Assembly (NCBI GenBank): GCA_965279375.1
Contig: OZ257156.1
Span: forward strand, 3,328,001 to 3,392,000
Reading direction: 5' to 3'
DNA length: 64,000 nt
DNA from: Gemmatimonas sp.
GTDB taxonomy: Bacteria; Gemmatimonadota; Gemmatimonadetes; Gemmatimonadales; Gemmatimonadaceae
The notes beneath the pieces were generated by a model. It did no database searches. It saw nothing but the letters and a program-made list of their open reading frames with translations, and was not told the DNA's origin. This document shows, piece by piece, positions 45,761-53,467 of the stretch; the first letter of the stretch is position 1, and the number at the start of each line of letters is the position of its first letter. A program made the position numbers and the translations under genes.

Positions 45761-46135
45761 CTACGCTGCCGCGCACATCTTGCAGCGACCGTACAACACG
45801 ATCTCGTGGTTCTCCAGCTTGAACCCCTTGGGCGTGAGCTTCTTGAAGTCCCCGGGGCAGCCCACCAGCTCGAACACGCGCGAGCACTGACGGCAGCTGA
45901 AATGATGGTGGTGTCCGCGACCCGCGCGCTCATACCGCGGTGACTCGCCCGGAAGCTCCACCACGGTCAGCCATCCGCTCTCCACGAGCGAATTCACCGT
46001 GCGGTACACCGTCGCAATCCCCAAGCCCGCCACATGCCGCTTGGCCTCCTCGAGAATCTCGCCGGGAGCCAGCGGTCGCGGCACGTCCGTGAATACCTGC
46101 CGAATGGCGTCGCGCTGCTTGGTGTTGCGTTCCAT
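45761..46135 (-). CDS. Fur-family transcriptional regulator (Fur/Zur/PerR-like)
   Basis: TKQRDAI, GIATVYRT, HHHHFSCRQC, YGRCKMC; GGAGG RBS. Confidence 0.92.
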   Translation of the reverse strand: MERNTKQRDAIRQVFTDVPRPLAPGEILEEAKRHVAGLGIATVYRTVNSLVESGWLTVVELPGESPRYERAGRGHHHHFSCRQCSRVFELVGCPGDFKKLTPKGFKLENHEIVLYGRCKMCAAA

Positions 46136-46439
46136 GGCGTCGTCTCCCTCCTCCAGATGATCCGCCGCTACCTCGGCGCGCTGCGCGAAAAATAGCGCCT
46201 TCCCCAGCGGACGTCACAGCCGTGGGCGGCGTCACACGCGGTGCGTCGGGCTGGACGTAGGTCGACTTGTTGTCGCTTTTCGCATCGCCAAAACAGCGAG
46301 CCACCACTCTCCCCCCTCGCGCCTGCGACTCATCTTGACACCTCTTGGCGAGGTCGCGCAGCGGCTCGGGCGATACGCCGGTTCGTCGCCGCCGTCGTTC
46401 CGCCGGATGCGCGATCATGCTACCATTCGCGTTCACTCA

Positions 46440-46619
46440 CCGCGCAGGTGCGTACGCGATGACACATCGCGCACGCTGAAAAGGGAACCCGGTGTAACTC
46501 CGGGGCGGCCCCGCCGCTGTAAGGGACGACAATGATGAACGACAACCACTGCGACCTTCGTGTCGTGGGAAGGTGTTCGTCGGCGACTGACTCCCGAGCC
46601 AGAAGACCTGCCCGCGCGG
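46440..46619 (+). ncRNA. Cobalamin (B12) riboswitch
   Basis: AGGT...AAAAGGGAACCCGGTGTAACTCCGGGGCGGCCCCGCCGCTGTAA...CCACTG...GGGAAGG...GAGCCAGAAGACCTGCC; P1 ccgcgc/gcgcgg; extended -10 TGCTACCAT upstream. Confidence 0.95.
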
Positions 46620-46653
46620 ATCACCGATACACCCTCGTGGGAAGGGTCCGGAC

Positions 46654-46887
46654 ATGCATTCGTCATCACCGCACGGCCACGCGCCTGCGGCACCCTCCGC
46701 TGCTGGCCTGACTCCGCCCACCACGGAGTCTCCCTGCATCAAGGTCTGTCAGCTCGATCTCGAGGATCGCTGTCGCGGCTGCGGCCGCACGCTCGATGAG
46801 ATCCGCGACTGGCGCGACATGACCGCGGCGCAACGCATCGCCATCAACCAGCGACTCGGTTTCGTCTCGCATGAGCACCGGCGATGA
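46654..46887 (+). CDS. DUF1289 family small Cys-rich protein
   Basis: SPCIKVC...CRGCGRTLDEIRDW. Confidence 0.88.
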   Translation: MHSSSPHGHAPAAPSAAGLTPPTTESPCIKVCQLDLEDRCRGCGRTLDEIRDWRDMTAAQRIAINQRLGFVSHEHRR

Positions 46888-47378
46888 ACGCGAGAGCCGA
46901 GCAGGCGCGCCGAGACGATGGACGGTACGTGTATGCGCGCCTGCGCTGGCTGGCGGTCGCCTCAACCATTCTCGCGTTGGTCGCCTGCCGCTCGCCACGA
47001 ACGCAAGTGCAGGTGGGCGCGCGGCCACCGGCCAGTTTACTGGGCACGTTTGAAGACGACTACCGCGAACCGCACGCGATCACGGCCGACAGCTGGCGGC
47101 ATGGCTCCGGCACCACGTATCTCATCACCGACTGGAACCCAGAGTCCCAGTTTCTCGTCGCCCGCAATGCCCCCGACAATGCGTCCGAGCGAAATCGCTG
47201 GACGCGTATCGACTGGGTGCGACTGGAAGGCATGCCCCCGTACGACTGGGCGTTCTGCCTCAGCGTCTATGACGCGCCGACACGTGCGGCCGCGCTGGCC
47301 GCCCCACCCGCCAATCGCGCCGCTCCCCGCACCGGCTGCAACGGGTTCCCGTTCACCCGCATGAAACGCTCGCCGTAG
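46884..47378 (+). CDS. Hypothetical lipoprotein
   Basis: Lipobox LVAC; GTFEDDY, WTRIDW, WAFC, GCNGFPFTRMK; ATGA overlap with DUF1289. Confidence 0.78.
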   Translation: MNARAEQARRDDGRYVYARLRWLAVASTILALVACRSPRTQVQVGARPPASLLGTFEDDYREPHAITADSWRHGSGTTYLITDWNPESQFLVARNAPDNASERNRWTRIDWVRLEGMPPYDWAFCLSVYDAPTRAAALAAPPANRAAPRTGCNGFPFTRMKRSP

Positions 47379-47425
47379 ACACGCCCGGTTGTCGGGCTCG
47401 CCGCACCCATGCATTAGTCGATGGG

Positions 47426-47460
47426 AATATAAAAATGAGGCTTGCCTAAACTTTATCAAT
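47426..47460. promoter_or_regulatory. AT-rich putative metalloregulator operator upstream of TonB receptor 1
   Basis: AATATAAAAATGAGGCTTGCCTAAACTTTATCAAT in GC-rich DNA; resembles the site at 53406-53441. Confidence 0.45.
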
Positions 47461-47476
47461 CGTGCACCCTAAGTGC

Positions 47477-49747
47477 ATGATTCGTTTGGTCTGTGCATCC
47501 TGGGTCGCCCAGCTGATCGTCGGCGCCAACACCGCGCTTGGGCTCCAAGCCCCCACGGCTTCTACCGTCGCCGCCCCGCTCCTCACCGGGCGTGTGCTGG
47601 ACGAGGCGGAGCGGCCACTGGTTGGCGTGCGGGTTACCGTCGTCGAACGGTCGCGCGGCGTCGCCACCGACTCCCTCGGACGCTTTGCCTTCAGCGCGCT
47701 GCCGTCAGGCAGCTACACGCTGAGTTTGCAGCGTCTGGGCCTCGTTCCCACGACGCGAGCCGTGGCCATTCAGGGAAGTACCCTGACAGCATTGATCATT
47801 CGTATGCGCCCCTCGCAGGTCGAACTCGCCGCCGTGCAGGTCAGCGCCAGTACGGTGGCCACCACGACCGCCCGTGCCACACAATCCACCGCCGTCCTCG
47901 GCGGCGGTTCGCTGCGCAACAGTCAGAGCGCGTCAGTGGGAGAGACGCTGGCAGACGTACCCGGTATGCGCTCCATGAGCCTGACCACCGGCATCGGCAA
48001 GCCTGTCATTCGCGGGCTCCACTCCACGCGCGTCGTGACCATGGCCGACGGCAATCGCGTCGACGGACAACAATGGGGCACCGACCACGGCCCCAACGTG
48101 GAGACGAGCACGGCAGATCGGATCGAAGTCATCAAGGGCCCCGCGAGTGTGCTCTATGGCGCGGAGGCCATCGGCGGCGTGATCAACATCATTCCGCGCG
48201 CGCTGCCGTGGAGTGGCGACGGCAGTATCGATGGCATCGCACGACAGTTGAGCGTGAGCTACAACAGCAACCTGCGCGCGCCCGATGTCACACTGTCTGC
48301 AGCGTCGGCACACGGGTCGTTCGCGTGGCGCGCGGTGGGCACCGGGCGCAGCGCACAGGACATGCGCACCGCCACGCAGGCACTCTCCAACACCGGAAGT
48401 CGTACCGGCTTTGGTGAGCTTACGCTCGGCGTTCGTCCACAGTGGGGCGAGATACGACTCGTGACCTCTGCGCGAGAGGAGCGCATCGAGATCTACGAAG
48501 ACCCAATCGAAGACCCGCAGTTCACTGGCTTCCAACGTCTCTCCACCAAGCGCGCCACGCTGTATCTGGATCGACCCGTCGCGCAGGGGCAATTCGAACT
48601 GCGCGTCAGCGGCGAGCAGAACTTCCGTCGTGAGTTCGACCGGGTTGGTGCGCCGGTGCCCGCGCTCGGCTTGCTCGCCACCAGCTGGAACTCGCGCGCC
48701 GCATTCACGCACGCACCGATGCTGGGAGGCTGGCGTGGAACAGTCGGCACCGCCGTGTCGAAGGGCACGTTCAGCAAGCGTGGCCTCGAGACGCTGATTC
48801 CGAGCAACGCCACACGCGGGCTCGGCGTGTTTGCCTATGAGCAACGTGAAAGCGGACGGCTCAATCTCTCCGCCGGCGTGCGCGCCGACTGGCAAGCGCT
48901 CGAGGCCGCGGCTGATGACGTGCTCGCATTGCGCGCACAGTCCCGCGCGTTTCGCGCCGTCACCGGAACTGGTGGTGTCGCGTGGCAGCTGTCGGAACAA
49001 GTCGCAATCGCCGCGAACGTGGGACGAGGTTTCCGAGCGCCGGGAGTCCAGGATCTCTTTGCGAACGGCTTTCACGAAGGGAGCCGTGCGTTCGAGCGCG
49101 GCGACAGCACCGCACGCGTCGAGACCTCTCTCAATACCGACATCGCGCTGCGCCTGCACCGCACGCGGCTGCGCGGCGAGTTGACGCTCTTTCGTAACGC
49201 GATCCGCGACTATCTCTACCTGCGCCCATTCGGCACGGGTGGATTTCTCTTCGATTCGCTGCAGGTGGTGCAGGGGAACGCGTTGCTACAGGGCGCCGAG
49301 GCCAGCGCCGAGTGGCGCGTCGGCACGCACGTGGGCATGAATGCGGCGGCCGATTATGTACAGGGAACCAACACGACGACGCGCATACCGTTGCTGTACA
49401 TGCCTCCTCTGCGCGGCACGGCGGGCGTTCGCGTCGATGCACCGCGCTTGAACGGGGGCTCTGGAGGTGCTGCGTGGCGTCGTCTGCAGCGGCCGTACGT
49501 CAGCGCATCGCTCGAAGCCAATCGTCGACAGACGCGGACCGAGACGCGCGATTTCGCACCGCCGGGATCCGTACTGCTCCACGGCGCCGCCGGGGCGGTC
49601 CTCAGCACGGGCTCGCGCGTCGTCACCGTGGACGTCACTGCGCGCAACCTCACGAATGCGCGCTACCGCGACTACATGAGTCGCTACAAGGAGTTTGCAG
49701 ACGCCCTGGGGCGTTCGATCGTGATTCGCGTTTCGAGCAGCTTCTGA
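47477..49747 (+). CDS. TonB-dependent receptor with N-terminal carboxypeptidase-regulatory-like domain (ZnuD-like plug)
   Basis: KPVIRGL...GQQWGTDHG, RIEVIKGPASVLYG.AIGGVINI, GFRAP, NLTN, C-terminal Phe; GTG 47462 is an alternative start. Confidence 0.92.
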   Translation: MIRLVCASWVAQLIVGANTALGLQAPTASTVAAPLLTGRVLDEAERPLVGVRVTVVERSRGVATDSLGRFAFSALPSGSYTLSLQRLGLVPTTRAVAIQGSTLTALIIRMRPSQVELAAVQVSASTVATTTARATQSTAVLGGGSLRNSQSASVGETLADVPGMRSMSLTTGIGKPVIRGLHSTRVVTMADGNRVDGQQWGTDHGPNVETSTADRIEVIKGPASVLYGAEAIGGVINIIPRALPWSGDGSIDGIARQLSVSYNSNLRAPDVTLSAASAHGSFAWRAVGTGRSAQDMRTATQALSNTGSRTGFGELTLGVRPQWGEIRLVTSAREERIEIYEDPIEDPQFTGFQRLSTKRATLYLDRPVAQGQFELRVSGEQNFRREFDRVGAPVPALGLLATSWNSRAAFTHAPMLGGWRGTVGTAVSKGTFSKRGLETLIPSNATRGLGVFAYEQRESGRLNLSAGVRADWQALEAAADDVLALRAQSRAFRAVTGTGGVAWQLSEQVAIAANVGRGFRAPGVQDLFANGFHEGSRAFERGDSTARVETSLNTDIALRLHRTRLRGELTLFRNAIRDYLYLRPFGTGGFLFDSLQVVQGNALLQGAEASAEWRVGTHVGMNAAADYVQGTNTTTRIPLLYMPPLRGTAGVRVDAPRLNGGSGGAAWRRLQRPYVSASLEANRRQTRTETRDFAPPGSVLLHGAAGAVLSTGSRVVTVDVTARNLTNARYRDYMSRYKEFADALGRSIVIRVSSSF

Positions 49748-49816
49748 TCGCGCGGGAGTGACGGGGGACGGTTCGCCGCTGCCCAGGCGCCGAACGACCG
49801 CCATATTCCGTCGATC

Positions 49817-50815
49817 ATGATGCCGCTCGTTCTGCTGGTTGGATTCCTCGGCACCGGAAAGACGCGCTTTCTCACCACGCTTATTCCCGCCCTGCACACG
49901 CATGGCCTGCGTGTGCGTGTGCTGCTCAACGACTTCGAGAACGCGAAGATCGACGCGGCGCGGCTGAACGAACTCGATGCGCTGGTCACTCCGCTCGACG
50001 GTGAGTGCGTCTGCTGCAGCTCGTTGCGTGAGCTGATGGAAGCGCTGCAAGCCACGACGGCCGATCCCAACACGGTGATGCTGATCGAGGCCAATGGGGC
50101 GACCGCGGCGGACGAACTGCTCGGCTACCTGACGCTCGATCGTCGCCTCGCCCAGTACACGTTGCCCGTGCAGCTCACCGTCATCGATGCCGGACGCTGG
50201 CAGAAGCGTTGGTGGCACAACACGCTCGAGGCGTCGCAGGCGACGACGGCGACACACCTGCACCTCAACTGGACGGAACGACTGCGCGCCGATCGCCTCG
50301 CCGCCGTCACGCACAGCGTTCGGCAGATCAACCCACGCGCCGCGTTGACCGAGCCGGTGCAGTTCGCCGCCGAGTTGGCCGCGCTTGCCGAGCGTGCGCG
50401 TGGTCAGACGTCACGTCGCCCGACTTTGCCCATCGCCATGCACGAAGGGCACGAACAGCACGAGCCGGCACCAGGAGTGCATGCGCCGCACGATCATGCG
50501 CCGCACGTGCATATACCGCATGTGCATCCCTTTGCCAGCGCCACACTGCCGCTTCCGGATGTCGTCGATCGTGCGGCGTTTCTTGCCGTCGTTGCCGGAC
50601 TGCCGCCCGCCGTGGTACGCGCGAAGGGGATGGTCCGCTTTCGCGACAAGCCCGACGAAATGTTCGTCTGGAATCGCATCGGTGGACGAAAGGGTGTGCA
50701 GCTCGACAAGTCTGCGCCGCACGCGGGCGCACAGTCGGTGGCGTTGTTCATCGGCGTGGAACTTCCGCTCGAGGATTTGACGCAGCGATTCGCGGCGCTT
50801 GGCGCAGTGGCGTGA
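49817..50815 (+). CDS. COG0523/CobW-family G3E metallochaperone GTPase
   Basis: GFLGTGKT, GECVCCS, IEANG, His-rich linker, RAKG in CobW_C. Confidence 0.88.
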   Translation: MMPLVLLVGFLGTGKTRFLTTLIPALHTHGLRVRVLLNDFENAKIDAARLNELDALVTPLDGECVCCSSLRELMEALQATTADPNTVMLIEANGATAADELLGYLTLDRRLAQYTLPVQLTVIDAGRWQKRWWHNTLEASQATTATHLHLNWTERLRADRLAAVTHSVRQINPRAALTEPVQFAAELAALAERARGQTSRRPTLPIAMHEGHEQHEPAPGVHAPHDHAPHVHIPHVHPFASATLPLPDVVDRAAFLAVVAGLPPAVVRAKGMVRFRDKPDEMFVWNRIGGRKGVQLDKSAPHAGAQSVALFIGVELPLEDLTQRFAALGAVA

Positions 50816-51975
50816 TGCGCTCGATGCCACGCATGCGCGCTGTCCCGATCGCACTACTCGCACATCTCGCGCTGGCGAGCTGCACGCCATGGTCCCACAA
50901 GACGCCCAACCGTTCGGCGTCACCTCCGGACAGCGAACCACGCGTCGTCGATCTCGACGTGCGGGGGCGCGGCGCCCCGGTGTTCCGTATTCCTGCGCTC
51001 GCCGTGACCAACGCGGGTACACTGCTGGCCGCGTACGATGCGCGCCCCACGATGGCTGATGTGCCCAGTCACATCGCCGTGGTAATGCGCCGCAGTACCG
51101 ACGGCGGTACCACGTGGAGTGATCGCCGAGTCATACGCGCGGACACGGCGCCGCTTGGCTTCGGGGATCCATCGTTGCTCGTCGATCGTCAGACCGGGCG
51201 GATCTTCCTGTTCCACGCGGCATCCGTGCGCCAGGGATATTTCGGCTCCAGCACGGGCAATCGCGACGACGATCCAAACGTCCTGCACGCGGACCTGAGT
51301 TGGTCGGATGACGACGGGCAGCAATGGCAGCATCGTCGCCTGACCGCGATGGTGAAGGACGCTGCGTGGGGTGGCCTCTTCGCGTCGTCGGGGCGGGGGA
51401 TTCAGCTCGAGTTCGGCCCGTACACGGGGCGCCTGCTGCAGCAGTTCGTCATCCGGCGTAACGGTGCGAACTACGGCGCCACGCTCTACAGCGACGATCA
51501 TGGTACGACTTGGCGCATGGGCGCGCTTGTCGGGCCGGGGCTCGACGAGAACAAGACTGTGCAGCTGCGCGACGGCACCGTCGTGCTGAACTCGCGCGCC
51601 AAACCCTATCGCCTGATCGCCGAGTCGCGGGACGGCGGCGTGACCTACGGTGCACCGCGCGCCGAGACACGCCTGATCGACCCGGCCAACAACGGCGCGG
51701 TCATTCGCCTCGCGGCCTCGCGCGTCGCGCGTAAGCGGGAGCTGATGGTGTTCAGCAACACGGCGGACTCACTCGCGCGCAGGCGACTGACGCTGCGCCT
51801 GTCGTGCGACGGCGGACGAAACTGGCCGGCAGCACGTGTGCTGGTGGACGGACCCGCTGCGTACTCCACCCTGGTCGAGCTGCGCAATGGCGAGATCGGC
51901 GTGCTCTTCGAGCGCGGCGACTACGAGGCGATCAGCTTCGCGCGCGTGACGCCTAGTTGGATCGGTCGCTGTTGA
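50815..51975 (+). CDS. Exo-alpha-sialidase (GH33) lipoprotein
   Basis: Lipobox LASC; FRIP; Asp-boxes STDGGTTW, SDDDGQQW, SDDHGTTW, SRDGGVTY, SCDGGRNW; DENK, AYS, LFE; TGATG coupling. Confidence 0.9.
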   Translation: MRSMPRMRAVPIALLAHLALASCTPWSHKTPNRSASPPDSEPRVVDLDVRGRGAPVFRIPALAVTNAGTLLAAYDARPTMADVPSHIAVVMRRSTDGGTTWSDRRVIRADTAPLGFGDPSLLVDRQTGRIFLFHAASVRQGYFGSSTGNRDDDPNVLHADLSWSDDDGQQWQHRRLTAMVKDAAWGGLFASSGRGIQLEFGPYTGRLLQQFVIRRNGANYGATLYSDDHGTTWRMGALVGPGLDENKTVQLRDGTVVLNSRAKPYRLIAESRDGGVTYGAPRAETRLIDPANNGAVIRLAASRVARKRELMVFSNTADSLARRRLTLRLSCDGGRNWPAARVLVDGPAAYSTLVELRNGEIGVLFERGDYEAISFARVTPSWIGRC

Positions 51976-51998
51976 TCGCCGTGCAGGCTGAATCCGTT

Positions 51999-52895
51999 CT
52001 ACGGACGAAGCCACGCTCGCCACAGGGCGACGGCGCCTGACGAATCGGCCCCGACATGGCGCGCGCGCATCGCGACGTAACGCGCGTAGACCGGCGCCGC
52101 GGCCGCGCGAAGCGCCCGATCGCCATCACTGTCCGCTGCGCCCTTTGGCACCGCGTATACGAAGGACGAGTTCAACGGCGGCCCACCCTGCCGCTCGGGA
52201 TACTTGGTGAACGTGTCGATGCGTCGGAAGTCGCGAGGTACCAGCGCCTTCGTGCTGTCGCCGACGATCCCAGCGCGCACGAAAAAGTCGACCGCGTCGT
52301 CGGGATAGCCGAACAGGTAGCCATAGCCGCGCCAGCGCGCATCGCGCGGCGCATTCTCGACCGCGCCGACCACGTCACGCGGATCCGCGCTAGGCGTGAT
52401 GCCCAGCGTGGCGAAGAAGGCCGCGTGTCGCGCGATTGCCTGAGCTAGTGCGCGGCGATGGTAGAGCACCATCGAACTGCTCCGCGCCGTCGAGCTGTCG
52501 CGCCCGGTGAATGTCGCCGTGAAGACCTGCACGAAGACACCGATCTCCCCGCAGCTGAGTGCAGGCGCGATCCTGCGGAGTCGTTCGAGCTCAGCCAGGC
52601 GAACCGTGTCGAGCGTCGGCGCGATGCGGAGTTGCAGATCGCGCACATCGCTGGAGATCGGCTTCAGCCCGTCAGCGAGCGTGTAGAGCCCCTCCCGGTC
52701 GGAGAACTCCAGCAGCACCCGCTCCGCCAACGCGCGGTCGGCCGCGGGGAGCGCCTCGACGGCAAAGCACGGGTCGGACGCGACAATGCCGTCGCGTGTC
52801 CGAGGCGACGCACGCCCCGCGCTGGCCGTCGTGCGGTTCGCGGCGAGTACGCAGAGAAGGACGGTTAGCGTTCGAGCGGCGTGTGTGTCGCGCAT
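51999..52895 (-). CDS. Hypothetical exported protein
   Basis: Signal-like N-terminus; EGLYTL...KP.SS, RGYGYLFGYP..AVDFFV, FVYAVPK; overlaps the MerC gene end. Confidence 0.72.
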   Translation of the reverse strand: MRDTHAARTLTVLLCVLAANRTTASAGRASPRTRDGIVASDPCFAVEALPAADRALAERVLLEFSDREGLYTLADGLKPISSDVRDLQLRIAPTLDTVRLAELERLRRIAPALSCGEIGVFVQVFTATFTGRDSSTARSSSMVLYHRRALAQAIARHAAFFATLGITPSADPRDVVGAVENAPRDARWRGYGYLFGYPDDAVDFFVRAGIVGDSTKALVPRDFRRIDTFTKYPERQGGPPLNSSFVYAVPKGAADSDGDRALRAAAAPVYARYVAMRARHVGADSSGAVALWRAWLRP

Positions 52896-53407
52896 GAGTG
52901 CTTGGCGTTGCGTGCGCGATGACGGCAACGCCGTTCCTCGCGCCAGTTGCGGGCATGAGCCGTGATGATCGAGCCGGCACCGACGAGGACGAGAAGCGGT
53001 TCGACCGCCTGCACGGACTCTCCGGCCACCCGCGTCAGAATCAACACCGTCGCGCCGCCGACAAACAGTCGTACGGCGCCGCGATCGCCGTGGCAGCGCT
53101 GTCCGCGCCCCAGCGCGGCGCCCCCGAGCAGCAGGGAAGCGCCGAGGAAGCCCCACTCCAACCACGCGGGCATGCGGTTGCCGAGGCCGAGCAGGGCGAG
53201 TGCGGCGATGAAGATGCCACTGGCCGCGCAGTGGATGGCGCAGAGCACCGAGACCGTGATGCCGGCGAGGTCGAGCCACCCGCTCCGATGGCCCGTCTCG
53301 TCGGCGGGGGAGGGCGAGATCGGCCTCGGACAAGCGGACGAACTGGAGCGGTCCGTCGCCGCGCCGATGTCCAGGGCGGTGGGCGAGAGTGGGTTCGATG
53401 CTGTCAT
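52865..53407 (-). CDS. MerC-domain membrane protein
   Basis: LDLAGITVSVLCAIHC, four TM helices, C-terminal AH..N. Confidence 0.82.
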   Translation of the reverse strand: MTASNPLSPTALDIGAATDRSSSSACPRPISPSPADETGHRSGWLDLAGITVSVLCAIHCAASGIFIAALALLGLGNRMPAWLEWGFLGASLLLGGAALGRGQRCHGDRGAVRLFVGGATVLILTRVAGESVQAVEPLLVLVGAGSIITAHARNWREERRCRHRARNAKHSCATHTPLER

Positions 53408-53432
53408 TGATAAACGATACTCGCTTATCAAT
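53406..53432. promoter_or_regulatory. Palindromic operator between divergent MerC and TonB receptor 2 genes
   Basis: ATTGATAA-a-CGA-tac-TCG-c-TTATCAAT inverted repeat in an AT-rich spacer. Confidence 0.7.
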
Positions 53433-53467
53433 ATTAATCAACTCTCCCTTCACCCTTTCCCTGCACC

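Noticed and set aside
52865..53407. Mercury resistance locus
   Set aside because: A MerC-like domain alone, with no merA, merR, merP or merT.
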